The notes under the pieces were generated by a model. That model was not told the DNA's origin. It searched no databases and saw nothing but the letters and a program-made list of their open reading frames with translations. From Deltaproteobacteria bacterium (GTDB taxonomy: Bacteria > Myxococcota_A > Polyangia > Fen-1088): a stretch of 64,000 nt of DNA. Shown piece by piece: positions 39,955 through 49,645 of this stretch. The position numbers and the translations under genes are program-made. Every line of letters begins with the position of its first letter. Position 1 is the stretch's first letter. The stretch covers positions 224,001 to 288,000 of the forward strand of contig JANRKS010000009.1 in assembly GCA_033763315.1 (NCBI GenBank), given 5' to 3'.

Positions 39955-39957
39955 GAT

Positions 39958-40689
39958 TTACTTCTTCGCCCCCGACATGCCTGCCATCACCTGCTGCATG
40001 AACATGTTTTGATCAAAAGGCACCGGCTTGGCCGTGAGGCTGGACTTCGCACCCGTGCCCATCTTCACAAGCTCCACCGTGGCTGGGCCCATGGGCGTCT
40101 TGCTTTCCATCTTCACCAGCCCGAGCGGCGTGGCCTTGTCTGACAGCCACGTGATCGCTTCATCGGTGCCGCGCTTTTGCGTGTGGCGCCGGCATTGAAA
40201 ACTGCCGGCCGTGACCTTGATGGTTTCCGTTTTGGCTTCGAGATCTTTGACCTGCAGGCGTTTGAACGATTCTTTGGGGACCATCGGGTGATCCGCGGGC
40301 ATTTCCATGGGCGTGTTCTTGCCCACCTGCATGATCACGCCCGCGGGCCGGCTTTCGAGCTTTGGATCGCGCGGGATCTTCACTTGAATCAGCATCGCCC
40401 CCAGCTTCTGCATCGGGCCGCCTTCGACGGACATCTCGATCGTTGTGTTCTTTTCATCCCGCCCGATGATGGCCATGCGTTGGTTCATCTCGCCGTTGGG
40501 CATCTTCAGCACGTATTGGCCCCACGCACCGATCTTGGCTTGGTGCACGTCCAGGATCGTGGGGAACACGGGCGCGCCTTGTGCCTGCGCCAGGGCTTGC
40601 GTGGCCACCACGAGGGCGCCCGTCATGACCAGGGCGCGGAGCGCATGGCCCAAATAGGAAAAGGTTGTGCGGCGGGCGGTGGTGTTCAT
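39958..40689 (-). CDS. Secreted hypothetical protein
   Basis: Signal peptide ending ALA; AGGA RBS; ETIKVTAGSFQC and W..P.GLVK beta-rich motifs. Confidence 0.75.
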   Translation of the reverse strand: MNTTARRTTFSYLGHALRALVMTGALVVATQALAQAQGAPVFPTILDVHQAKIGAWGQYVLKMPNGEMNQRMAIIGRDEKNTTIEMSVEGGPMQKLGAMLIQVKIPRDPKLESRPAGVIMQVGKNTPMEMPADHPMVPKESFKRLQVKDLEAKTETIKVTAGSFQCRRHTQKRGTDEAITWLSDKATPLGLVKMESKTPMGPATVELVKMGTGAKSSLTAKPVPFDQNMFMQQVMAGMSGAKK

Positions 40690-40835
40690 TTGTGTTTCCT
40701 TCACGGCGAACATTGTCATGTGGGGGGCGTGCGCGCAAAACCGCGGCCATCCCATGGACGTGCCGGGCTGGCCGCCTGTTCACGGGACTGTGCAGATGGT
40801 GCCAGAAGTTGCAGGAAGAGGGCGCGTGAGGGAGC

Positions 40836-41759
40836 ATGGACCGTTCGGTCACCAAAATGGATCAGGCGCTGCAAATGTTCTTGGACCACCTCAAAGTGGA
40901 GCGAAGGTTGTCGCCCGCCACGGTGGCCGCTTATGCCCAAGACGTGGGGGCGTTTGTCGCGTTTTCGCAAACGCGCGGCCATGCTGAAGCTCACGCCGTG
41001 CAGGCGATCGATGTGCTTGAATTTGTGGCAAAGCTCACCGACGACAGAATCAGCGCGCGTTCGCAAGCCCGCAAACTGATCGCTTTGCGCCAGTTCTTCC
41101 GATTCCTTAAAGACGAACGTTTGATCGCCAGCAATCCCACGGAAGACGTGGATCTGCCGCGTTTTGGCCGTAAATTACCCACATTTTTAACCTTGACCGA
41201 GGTGGACGCTTTGTTGGCCGCGCCGGCTCGCGGCGATGGTGGCCAAGGGCTGCGCGACGCTGCGATGTTGGAAACGCTCTACGCCACCGGGCTGCGCGTG
41301 TCGGAACTCGTGAAGCTGAAACTGGGCGATGTGAACATGCAGGCCGGGTACCTGCGCGCGCTGGGTAAGGGCAACAAAGAACGCTTGGTGCCGCTGGGGC
41401 AAACGGCGATGCAGACGCTGCGGCTCTACATGGAGACGGCGCGCGCCGGGTTCGCGGCCAAAGCCCGCAGCACCAAGGCGCTTGAGTATCTATTCCTGTC
41501 TCGCCTGGGTGGTCCGATGACCCGGCAAGCTTTTTGGAAGCAGCTGGGGCAATACGCGATCAAGGCCGGCATCACCCGGGCCATCTCGCCACACAAGTTG
41601 CGCCATTCCTTTGCAACCCACTTGGTGGAGCGGGGCGCGGACTTGCGGGCCGTCCAGGCCATGTTGGGCCACGCGGACATTGGCACCACCGAGATCTACA
41701 CCCATCTGTCCCGCAGCCACTTGCGCCAGGTGTACAACAAGTTCCACCCGCGGTCGTAA
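40836..41759 (+). CDS. xerD: Tyrosine recombinase XerD
   Basis: LYATGLRVSEL, GKGNKER, SPHKLRHSFATHL, LGHADIGTTEIYTH, HPR terminus. Confidence 0.93.
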   Translation: MDRSVTKMDQALQMFLDHLKVERRLSPATVAAYAQDVGAFVAFSQTRGHAEAHAVQAIDVLEFVAKLTDDRISARSQARKLIALRQFFRFLKDERLIASNPTEDVDLPRFGRKLPTFLTLTEVDALLAAPARGDGGQGLRDAAMLETLYATGLRVSELVKLKLGDVNMQAGYLRALGKGNKERLVPLGQTAMQTLRLYMETARAGFAAKARSTKALEYLFLSRLGGPMTRQAFWKQLGQYAIKAGITRAISPHKLRHSFATHLVERGADLRAVQAMLGHADIGTTEIYTHLSRSHLRQVYNKFHPRS

Positions 41760-41845
41760 GCCCAAAGGTAAGGCGGGGTAGGCGCCGCATCCTGGGCCTG
41801 CTGGCTGGTGTTTGGGCCGATCTGAGGCGAAGCTTGCCCCAATCG

Positions 41846-41874
41846 TTGAGTTCCGAGGGGGCCTCGGCTATACA
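41846..41874 (+). promoter_or_regulatory. Putative sigma70 promoter for scpAB with a palindrome in the spacer
   Basis: TTGAGT-17 nt-TATACA; spacer contains CCGAGG-GGG-CCTCGG. Confidence 0.4.
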
Positions 41875-42002
41875 GGGACACTTTCGACAGGCTTGACCGT
41901 GAGCTCATTTTCCAAACCTATTGTGCAAGGCGCGATCCGCTGTCTGACGGCGGGGCTTTGTGGTGGTTTGCGGGCGGCATCTTTACGCGGAACGCAGGTG
42001 GT

Positions 42003-43205
42003 ATGAGCCAAGCGGCAGATTCAACGGACGCAGACGGTGGTCGGCCATCCGCGGGCGCCGGGGGAGGGCCTTCCGAGATCCCCGATGCGCTGACCTACCG
42101 GGTTGTTCTGCCTGATTTTGAGGGTCCCCTGGACCTGTTGCTTTATCTCTGCAAGAGCCACGAGATCGACATCCTCGAGATCCCGATCTCTTTCGTCACG
42201 CAGAAGTATCTCGAGTATCTCGACTTGATGCAGTCACTCTCGGTGGAAGTGGCGGCTGAGTATCTCGTCATGGCGGCCACGCTGGCCTACCTCAAGTCGC
42301 GTGAATTGGTACCGCAGCCCGAGCCTCTAGAAGCGCAAGGCGAAGAGGGCGACGAGGTGGGCGATCCGAAAGAGGAACTGATCCGTCGGCTGCTCGAATA
42401 TCAAAAATACAAAAACGCCGCCGAACAATTGGGTCTGCGGCCCATCGAGGGCAAGAACGTTTTCGGTCGCGGTTTGCCCGTGGAGCTGGCCAAAGGGCCC
42501 GAGGAATTGGCTGAGCACTCCCCGTGGAAGCTCATCGAGTTTTTTGCGGGCCTTCTGCAGGAGAAGGCGCCAGAGCACACGCACGACGTGGTCATCGACC
42601 GCATGTCCGTGGCTCAACGGATCAACCAGCTGATCGATAAGCTTGAATCCGGCGATGGCAGTTTCCGCTTCGACAGCATCATCGATTTTACCGCGCCGCT
42701 TGAAGAGCTGCGCCACCAGGTGGTGGTGACGTTGCTCGCGGTGCTGGAATTGGCAAAACTGAAAGCCATTCGCGTGTTGCAAGATCCGGTGTCAGAGACG
42801 TTCTTTGTTGCGCGGGCGTCGACCACGTCTGACGAGGTTCTGCGACAAGCGCGCAAGGCGATGACCACGTCGGATGGCGCGGCCGAGCAGCTATCGCACG
42901 CGGGCGACGAAGCTGGCGCGTCCGAAGCAGAGGCACCTCGCACCGAACCCAACGGCGCGGTTGTGGCCGAGGAAGCACCTGCCGCCGACACCGAGGGCCA
43001 CGGCCACGGGGTGGTTGCCGAGGAAGCACCTGCGGCCGACACCGAGGGCCACGGGGTGGAACCTGGAGCCGTGGCCACCGAAGCGTTCGACGGCGACACA
43101 ATCGCGAACGCTTCCGCTTCGCAGGCGTTGCCCGTTGATGACGGCGCGCCCGAAACAACTTCAGCCCACACGGAAGGGAACGAGGATTCCGATGTCGAAG
43201 CGTAA
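42003..43205 (+). CDS. scpA: Segregation/condensation protein A with acidic C-terminal extension
   Basis: FEGPLDLLL, AEYLVMAATL..KSR.L.P, LLAVLELAK; start ATG 42003. Confidence 0.93.
   Translation: MSQAADSTDADGGRPSAGAGGGPSEIPDALTYRVVLPDFEGPLDLLLYLCKSHEIDILEIPISFVTQKYLEYLDLMQSLSVEVAAEYLVMAATLAYLKSRELVPQPEPLEAQGEEGDEVGDPKEELIRRLLEYQKYKNAAEQLGLRPIEGKNVFGRGLPVELAKGPEELAEHSPWKLIEFFAGLLQEKAPEHTHDVVIDRMSVAQRINQLIDKLESGDGSFRFDSIIDFTAPLEELRHQVVVTLLAVLELAKLKAIRVLQDPVSETFFVARASTTSDEVLRQARKAMTTSDGAAEQLSHAGDEAGASEAEAPRTEPNGAVVAEEAPAADTEGHGHGVVAEEAPAADTEGHGVEPGAVATEAFDGDTIANASASQALPVDDGAPETTSAHTEGNEDSDVEA
42966..43054 (+). repeat. 51-bp-period direct repeat in the scpA tail
   Basis: gccgaggaagcacctgc(c/g)gccgacaccgagggccacgg at 42966 and 43017 (VVAEEAPAADTEGHG twice). 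Confidence 0.9.
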
Positions 43206-44592
43206 CAAGGGCAAACACATCAATAACCAGCCGAACGACCAAAACAACGGCGAGGCCTCCGTGCAACTGCAGCCTGATGACAGCGAAGTGGCGGCGCAAG
43301 ACGACGCGCGGTTAGGCGATGTGCAAGAGGTGGCCGGGGCCAGCGAGAGCGAGGCTTCCGCAAGCGAGGTTCTTGTGGGTGGATCTGATGAGCCAACGCC
43401 TGACGCGGAGGACGAAGCCCACGCGGCGTCGGCCACCGAAGAAGCGCCTGTAGACGCGGCCACCGACGAAGCGGCTGTGAATGCGGCGGCTCATGAAGCG
43501 CCGTCTGAAGTGGTCGCTGAAGAACCCACTGCCGGCCGCAAAAAGCCGCGCAAAGGCAAAGGCACCAAGGTTGCCGCTGCGGCCGTTGATGAGGCTCAGC
43601 TTGATGCTGGGGTGAGCGCCGGCACCGAGGAGGTGGCCATCCTTGATGAAGTGCCCGACAACGTGCGCGACTTGTTTGGCGCCGACGCTGAGCGCGGCAA
43701 TGGCAGCGAGCCTGCCGGGGCCTCCGACGAGCTTGACGGTGAACCGTTTGAGGTCGAAGAGGGCGTTGAAGTTCTTGAGGGTGAACGCCTCATTTCCGTC
43801 GTGGAAAGTTTGCTGTTTGCCTCAGACCGTTTGCTGTCACTCGGCGATTTGCGGCGCCTCACAAGCGTGCGCGAAACGAAAAAGGTGCAGCACGCGTTGG
43901 ACGAGATCAAAGATCGCCACGCTTCCTCCGGAATCATTTTGGTGGAAGCCGGTGGCAGCTTCCGGTTTCAAACCAATCCACAAAACGTCGAGTTCGTCAG
44001 CCGCATCGTGCAGGGCAAACCGATTCGCCTATCCCGCGCGATGATGGAGACGTTGGCCATCGTGGCTTACAAACAGCCGATCACGCGTCCCGAAGTGGAC
44101 GATGTGCGCGGCGTTGATTGTGGGGCGGTCCTTAAGACCTTGTTGGATCGAAATTTGATTCGCGTGATCGGCAAGAAAGAGGATGTGGGCCGTCCGCTGC
44201 TTTATGGCACCACGCCCGAATTCCTCAAGACCTTCAACCTCTCGGATCTCACTGAGCTGCCCACGTTGCGCGAGTTCCATGAGCTGGGCGCCGAAGAGAC
44301 CGCCAAAATGAAGAAGACCTTTGGCGAGGACGCTGTGCCAGACGCGCCCGTGCGCGCTTCTGCCGAGGGCCCCGAGGCTGCGCAAGCCGCGGAAGCCGAA
44401 GCGGCCGCCGAAGCCGGACCGACCGGCCGCGTCGATGGCCTCAAGGGCGATCGCCCCAGCGCCTTCTCCAATCACACCGTGGCCGATGTGCCCGAAGACG
44501 ACAGCCTCATCGAAGAGCTGGAGCGGGCCACCGAGGCCGCCACGCGCGCTCTTGACGCTGGCAAGAGCGAACCGGGCGCGCCTGTGTCATAA
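43192..44592 (+). CDS. scpB: Segregation/condensation protein B with long acidic N- and C-terminal extensions
   Basis: VESLLFAS, LSRAMMETLAIVAYKQPITR, GRPLLYGTTPEFL; GAGGA RBS before ATG 43192. Confidence 0.93.
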   Translation: MSKRNKGKHINNQPNDQNNGEASVQLQPDDSEVAAQDDARLGDVQEVAGASESEASASEVLVGGSDEPTPDAEDEAHAASATEEAPVDAATDEAAVNAAAHEAPSEVVAEEPTAGRKKPRKGKGTKVAAAAVDEAQLDAGVSAGTEEVAILDEVPDNVRDLFGADAERGNGSEPAGASDELDGEPFEVEEGVEVLEGERLISVVESLLFASDRLLSLGDLRRLTSVRETKKVQHALDEIKDRHASSGIILVEAGGSFRFQTNPQNVEFVSRIVQGKPIRLSRAMMETLAIVAYKQPITRPEVDDVRGVDCGAVLKTLLDRNLIRVIGKKEDVGRPLLYGTTPEFLKTFNLSDLTELPTLREFHELGAEETAKMKKTFGEDAVPDAPVRASAEGPEAAQAAEAEAAAEAGPTGRVDGLKGDRPSAFSNHTVADVPEDDSLIEELERATEAATRALDAGKSEPGAPVS

Positions 44593-44646
44593 GGTGTTTT
44601 TCCCCGGCGTGATGCCGGGGCGCTGTTTCACATAAAAGGTTCGGTT

Positions 44647-45420
44647 ATGGTTCGTCTTCAAAGGTTCTTGTCTCAGGCCCGCGCCGTGTCTCGTCGCGAG
44701 GCCGAACGGTTGATTGCTGCCGGCGCCGTTCGTGTCAACGGTCGCTTGGTTACCGAACTTGGTGTGCAAGTGGATCCGGAGCGAGATCGGGTTGAGCTGC
44801 AGGGCAAACACATCAAGCTCAGCGCCCCCATCTATCGCATATTGCTGAAGCCTCGCGAATGCTTGTCCGTGTTGGAATCGCCGCGCGACGATGCGGGCCG
44901 CAAGCGTCCAAGCCTTGAGCGCTTCGTTAAAGACAAAGAGCCAGGCTGGATCGTCGTGGGGCCACTCGACTTTGCGACTGAAGGCGTATTGCTTATCACG
45001 TCCGACGGCGATCTGGCTGAACGCATCGTCAAAGGCCCCAAGGGCCGCAGTGGCTGCCCGCTGCCGATGACCTACCACCTGAAGTTCCAGGGCTTGATCG
45101 GCGAAGACGAGTTGGCCCGCATCGCCAAAGGCTGGCGCTTTGAGGGCCGCGTGGTGAAGCCTGTGGGGGTTTTTCCTTTGGCCACCACCGGTAAGAATAC
45201 GTGGGTTGAGGTTGTGGCTCACGAGCTGCGCCCCCGTGCGATGCGAGCCTTGGGCGACATCCTGCGCAAGCAGGTGCTCAAGATCTCGCGCGTGAAGTTC
45301 GGCGAGCATTCGTTCGAAGGGCTGCGCATGGGCGGTTTCCGCGACTTGAACGACAAGGATGTGGCCAAGCTCTTGCGCGCCACCGGCCTGAAAGCCCCGG
45401 CCGCGAACCCCACGCCATAA
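44647..45420 (+). CDS. S4-domain RsuA/RluB-family pseudouridine synthase-like protein, degenerate motifs
   Basis: RLQRFLS..SRREAE..VNG S4 domain; GPLDFATEGVLLITSDGDL; typical position after scpAB. Confidence 0.85.
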   Translation: MVRLQRFLSQARAVSRREAERLIAAGAVRVNGRLVTELGVQVDPERDRVELQGKHIKLSAPIYRILLKPRECLSVLESPRDDAGRKRPSLERFVKDKEPGWIVVGPLDFATEGVLLITSDGDLAERIVKGPKGRSGCPLPMTYHLKFQGLIGEDELARIAKGWRFEGRVVKPVGVFPLATTGKNTWVEVVAHELRPRAMRALGDILRKQVLKISRVKFGEHSFEGLRMGGFRDLNDKDVAKLLRATGLKAPAANPTP

Positions 45421-45439
45421 GCCCCACGCGGGCTTTGTG
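45419..45439 (+). terminator. Possible terminator after the rluB-like gene
   Basis: AAGCCC-CACGC-GGGCTT followed by a short T-rich tail. Confidence 0.4.
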
Positions 45440-45495
45440 CGATCGCTTCGAAAACGAGCTGCCAGAACCAACGGGCGTGGTAAAAACGCGGCGCC

Positions 45496-47049
45496 GTGAC
45501 AGCCACACTTCGAGCCATTCTTTCTGTTTCAGATAAAACCGGGATTCCGGAGCTTGGCCGCCGCTTGGCGAAGCTGGGCGCCGAAATTCTTTCCACCGGC
45601 GGGACCGCCAAAGCGCTGCGTGAAGCCGGCGTACCCGTGGTTGAAGTGGGTGACTACACAGGGGCGCCTGAAATCTTGGATGGACGCGTGAAAACGCTGC
45701 ATCCCAAGGTGGCGGGCGGCATGCTGGGGCGACCCACCGATGAACATCGCAAACAAATGAGCGAGCACGGGATTCCGGCCATCGATTTGGTGGTGGTGAA
45801 CCTTTATCCGTTCAAACAAACCGTGGCCAAGGGCGCGCCGTTTGAAGAGATCATCGAAAACATCGACATCGGTGGCCCCACGATGATCCGCGCGGCTGCA
45901 AAGAACCACGAACGTGCCACTGTGTTGGTCGATCCCAGCGATTATGGCCGCGTGTGTGATGAGCTTGAACAACACGGCAAGGTGCCATCCGATCTGCGGT
46001 ACCAGCTGGCGCGCAAAGCGTTCGCGCACACAGCCGCCTACGACGGCGCGATCGCGGCGTACCTCGGACGCGTGGAAGGCCCGCACGAAGCCGCCACTGA
46101 GTTTCCCAAGACGCTGCACCCTGAGTTACATCTGCACAGCGTGCTTCGCTATGGCGAGAACCCACATCAATCAGCCGCATTTTACGCGTGGCCCGACATG
46201 GTGGGGCCTTCTTTGGCGAAAGCCGCCGTGCTGCAAGGCAAAGAGCTTTCTTACAACAACCTGTTGGATTTGGATGGGGCCTACAAGCTTTGCCTTGAGT
46301 TCGCCGATCCCGCCGCGGTTATCGTGAAGCACACCAACCCGTGTGGCACGGCCGTGTCAGGGCAGGGCGTGTTGACGGCATACAAGCGCGCGCGCGAAAC
46401 CGATCCTGTGTCAGCGTTCGGTGGCATCGTGGCTTGCAACCGCGCGGTGGACGCCGAGCTTGCGAAGGAGATGACCGATACCTTCCTCGAATGCATCATC
46501 GCTCCTGAATACACGGCCGATGCTTTGGCACGGCTCGGCACGAAGAAGAACCTGCGCGTGTTGCGTTTGCCGTTTGCACCGTTGCCTGCGGGCGCGTGGG
46601 ATCTGCGCACGGTGGCGGGTGGCGTGTTGGTGCAAGCGCGCGACGTGAACACTTCGGCGGCGTCGGCAGGCCGCGTGGTCACCAAACGCGCACCCACAGC
46701 GCAAGAGTTGGCCGATTTGGATTTCGCTTGGCGCGTGACCAAACACGTGAAATCCAACGCCATCGTGTTTGCGGGCGAAGGCCGAACGGTGGGCGTCGGG
46801 GCCGGGCAGATGTCGCGCGTGGATTCGGTGAAGTTGGCAATCAGCAAAGCCCGTTTGCCCCTGGCAGCCACGGTGATCGGCTCTGACGCGTTCTTTCCCT
46901 TCCGCGATGGCGTGGATGAAGCGGCGAAGGTTGGCATTACGGCGATCATTCAGCCCGGCGGATCGGTGCGCGACCAAGAAGTCATTGATGCCTGCGATCA
47001 GCACGGCATCACGATGGTGTTCTCCGGCGAACGCCACTTCCGCCACTAG
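45496..47049 (+). CDS. purH: Bifunctional AICAR transformylase/IMP cyclohydrolase
   Basis: [46 protein letters not shown]. Confidence 0.98.
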   Translation: MTATLRAILSVSDKTGIPELGRRLAKLGAEILSTGGTAKALREAGVPVVEVGDYTGAPEILDGRVKTLHPKVAGGMLGRPTDEHRKQMSEHGIPAIDLVVVNLYPFKQTVAKGAPFEEIIENIDIGGPTMIRAAAKNHERATVLVDPSDYGRVCDELEQHGKVPSDLRYQLARKAFAHTAAYDGAIAAYLGRVEGPHEAATEFPKTLHPELHLHSVLRYGENPHQSAAFYAWPDMVGPSLAKAAVLQGKELSYNNLLDLDGAYKLCLEFADPAAVIVKHTNPCGTAVSGQGVLTAYKRARETDPVSAFGGIVACNRAVDAELAKEMTDTFLECIIAPEYTADALARLGTKKNLRVLRLPFAPLPAGAWDLRTVAGGVLVQARDVNTSAASAGRVVTKRAPTAQELADLDFAWRVTKHVKSNAIVFAGEGRTVGVGAGQMSRVDSVKLAISKARLPLAATVIGSDAFFPFRDGVDEAAKVGITAIIQPGGSVRDQEVIDACDQHGITMVFSGERHFRH

Positions 47050-47055
47050 GCTCTA

Positions 47056-48360
47056 ATGTCCAACGGCGCCTTTCCAATATTGTTGTTAGGTGGTGGAGGC
47101 CGCGAACACGCGTTGGCGTGGAAGCTGGCACAAAGCCCCTTGTGCCGGCGTTTGTTCGTGGCGCCGGGTAACCCGGGCATCTCGTCGTTGGGTGCCAAGG
47201 TTGATTGCGTGAACCTCAGCCCCACCGACGCTTCCGCGTTGCTTGCGTTCGCACGTGAACACAACGTGGGCTTGGTGGTGTGCGGGCCCGAAGCGCCGCT
47301 GGTCGCGGGCGTGGGCGACGCGTTCGCGGCGGCACACATTCCGTTTTTCGGGCCCTCGCAAGCCGCCGCTGAGATTGAAGGTTCAAAGGCGTTCGCCAAA
47401 GATGTGATGGCCAAAGCCAACGTGCCCACCGCCGCTTACGGAACGTTCACAGACGTTGACGAAGCCGATGCGTTCATCGCAGCGCAAGGGCGTCCGGTTG
47501 TGGTGAAGGCCGACGGCTTGTGCGCCGGTAAGGGCGTTGAAGTCACTTCCACGGCGGCCGAGGCCCAGGCGGCGGTGCGGCGCATGCTGTCCGATCGCGT
47601 GTTCGGTGAATCAGGCGCGCGTGTGGTGATCGAAGAGCGCCTGCTCGGCCGCGAAACTTCCATCTTGGGCATGTGCGACGGTGAGCGGTTCGTGCTGCTG
47701 GCTTCGTCTGAAGATCACAAGGCCGTGCGCGACGGTGATCAAGGCCCAAACACCGGCGGCATGGGTGCGTACAGCCCCTCCCCGTTGGTGAGCGACGCGC
47801 TCATGTCAGACATTGGCGAACGCATCTTCAAGCCCACGCTTCGGCAGATGGCCGCGCTCGGGCGCCCGTTCCGAGGCCTGCTTTACGCTGGGCTCATTCT
47901 CACCCCGGATCGTGGCCCGATGGTGATCGAGTTCAACTGCCGTTTCGGCGATCCCGAAACACAGGCGGTGTTGCCGCGCTTGGTTGATGATCTGGTGCCT
48001 TGGATGTTGGGCGCGGCGCAAGGGCACCTGCCGCAAGGCACGTTGACGTGGCGGCCCGGCACAAGCGTCTGTGTGGTGATGGCGGCTGCCAATTACCCCG
48101 GCGCACCACGCGTGGGCGACGAGATCACGCACTTGCCACCCGTTGCCGAACAAGATCCCGATCGCTCCGTGTTGGTGTTTCACGCGGGAACAAAGCAACT
48201 TGGCGACAAGGTCGTGACTTCCGGGGGGCGGGTGTTGGGCATCACCGCCGTGGGTGAAGATCTGGCCAGCGCTCGTCAACGCGCCTACGCAGCGGTGAAG
48301 AATATCGCGTTCAGTGGGGCGCACTATCGTTCCGATATCGGGCTTCGAGGCCAAGCATGA
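47056..48360 (+). CDS. purD: Phosphoribosylamine-glycine ligase
   Basis: GGGGREHAL, GPEAPL, KADGLCAGKGV, GPNTGGMGAY, RFGDPE. Confidence 0.98.
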   Translation: MSNGAFPILLLGGGGREHALAWKLAQSPLCRRLFVAPGNPGISSLGAKVDCVNLSPTDASALLAFAREHNVGLVVCGPEAPLVAGVGDAFAAAHIPFFGPSQAAAEIEGSKAFAKDVMAKANVPTAAYGTFTDVDEADAFIAAQGRPVVVKADGLCAGKGVEVTSTAAEAQAAVRRMLSDRVFGESGARVVIEERLLGRETSILGMCDGERFVLLASSEDHKAVRDGDQGPNTGGMGAYSPSPLVSDALMSDIGERIFKPTLRQMAALGRPFRGLLYAGLILTPDRGPMVIEFNCRFGDPETQAVLPRLVDDLVPWMLGAAQGHLPQGTLTWRPGTSVCVVMAAANYPGAPRVGDEITHLPPVAEQDPDRSVLVFHAGTKQLGDKVVTSGGRVLGITAVGEDLASARQRAYAAVKNIAFSGAHYRSDIGLRGQA

Positions 48361-48440
48361 CTCAAACCCACGTCGTGGCGATCCAGATGGGTCATAGGTC
48401 AGGTCTCGGCGCTGAAGTGGATCGCCAGTGCGGCGGCTGA
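48357..48440 (+). pseudogene. Possible truncated purE relic (27 aa)
   Basis: ATGA overlap with the purD stop; MTQTHVVAIQMG resembles the PurE N-terminus V(G/A)IxMGS, then diverges and stops. Confidence 0.3.
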
Positions 48441-48441
48441 T

Positions 48442-49212
48442 GTGAACGAAAGCCGCAGCAGCAACGGCAGCTCGCCAGCGCAGGCGCACGAGCCTGAGGT
48501 CACGCGCGACACGCTGTTGCGTGGCCGGGTGGTCGTGCACCAGCCGGCGCGTGGTTACCGCTTCAGTTTGGATCCGGTGTTGTTATCGGGTTTTGTGTCG
48601 CTGCCGTTGGGGCGCTTTATCGACCTTGGCGCGGGATCGGGCGTGTTGTCGTTCCTGCTGTTGGCGCGCGACCCCCATGCCGCCGCGACCGCCATCGAAA
48701 TTCAACCGCGGTTGGCGGCGCTGGCCGCTCGAGGCGCCGCAGAGAACGGCATGACGGAACGCCTCACCTTGGTGGCAAACGATTTTTTGGCCTGGGCCCA
48801 AACACAGGCGCAAGAATCTTTCGATGTGGTGGCCAGCAATCCCCCGTTTTATACGGTGGAAGGCGGCCACCTTTCCCCAAACCCAGAACGCGCTTTGGCA
48901 CACCACGAGGTGGCCTTGCCGCTGCACGAGTGGACCGCGGCCGCTGCACGTTTGCTGACGCCTTCGGGCCGCATTGCCGTGGTCTTTCCCGCCGAGCGGA
49001 AAGACGCCTTATTCGAAGCTTTGCAGAGGCAGGGCTTTGGCGATGTGCGCTTGCGCTGGGCGCGACCCACGCAGGTTCGGCCCGTGCATCGTTTGTTGGT
49101 CGAAGCCAGCCGTGGCCAGCCGCGCGTGCGTGCCGAGGACGATTTGATCGTGCACACCTCGGAGGGCGAATTTAGCCACGAGGTCAAAGGCTATCTTGGT
49201 GAGAACTCATGA
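48442..49212 (+). CDS. tRNA1(Val) A37 N6-methyltransferase-like (YfiC/TrmN6 family)
   Basis: QPARGYRFSLDPVLL, DLGAGSG, EIQ, SNPPFY, ALAHHE. Confidence 0.88.
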   Translation: MNESRSSNGSSPAQAHEPEVTRDTLLRGRVVVHQPARGYRFSLDPVLLSGFVSLPLGRFIDLGAGSGVLSFLLLARDPHAAATAIEIQPRLAALAARGAAENGMTERLTLVANDFLAWAQTQAQESFDVVASNPPFYTVEGGHLSPNPERALAHHEVALPLHEWTAAAARLLTPSGRIAVVFPAERKDALFEALQRQGFGDVRLRWARPTQVRPVHRLLVEASRGQPRVRAEDDLIVHTSEGEFSHEVKGYLGENS

Positions 49213-49645
49213 CCGTGTTGCGATGGGGCCTCTGATGCCCGAGCTTGGGCCGTTGTTGAAACATCAAACGGGCGCCGCAATCTCAACGGCGGTTGACTTT
49301 GGGGTGATGTGGTTGCTGGTTGAGTCCCACACCTTGACCCCGGTTTGGGCCACAGCGGCGGGGGCCTTTTGTGGGGCCGTTACGAACTTCTCTTTGGGCC
49401 GGCGATGGATCTTCGCCAAAGGGCCAGGGTCCATGGCGTTGGGCAACCAAGTTGCCCGCTATATGCTTGTCTCTGGCGTAAGCTTGATGTGGAACACCCT
49501 CGGCGAGGCTTTGCTTTATCGCGTGCTCGGCTTGCAATACGTGATGGCTAGGGTCATCGTGGCCGTTGTCGTGAGCGTTGCCTGGAACTACCCCATGCAC
49601 AGATGGTTCGTCTTTCGATCGCGGCCCGCGCGGGTGACATCGTGA
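49196..49645 (+). CDS. GtrA family membrane protein
   Basis: 4 TM segments; STAVDF, NFSLGRRWIF, WNYPMHRWFVF. Confidence 0.88.
   Translation: MVRTHDRVAMGPLMPELGPLLKHQTGAAISTAVDFGVMWLLVESHTLTPVWATAAGAFCGAVTNFSLGRRWIFAKGPGSMALGNQVARYMLVSGVSLMWNTLGEALLYRVLGLQYVMARVIVAVVVSVAWNYPMHRWFVFRSRPARVTS

Noticed and set aside
40836-41759. Tyrosine recombinase as a phage or island integrase
   Set aside because: It has XerD-type length and motifs, housekeeping neighbours, and no att repeats, tRNA or cargo genes
44601-44620. CCCCGGC-GTGAT-GCCGGGG hairpin between scpB and the rluB-like gene
   Set aside because: No immediate U-tract and a single copy; it cannot be assigned as a terminator or REP element
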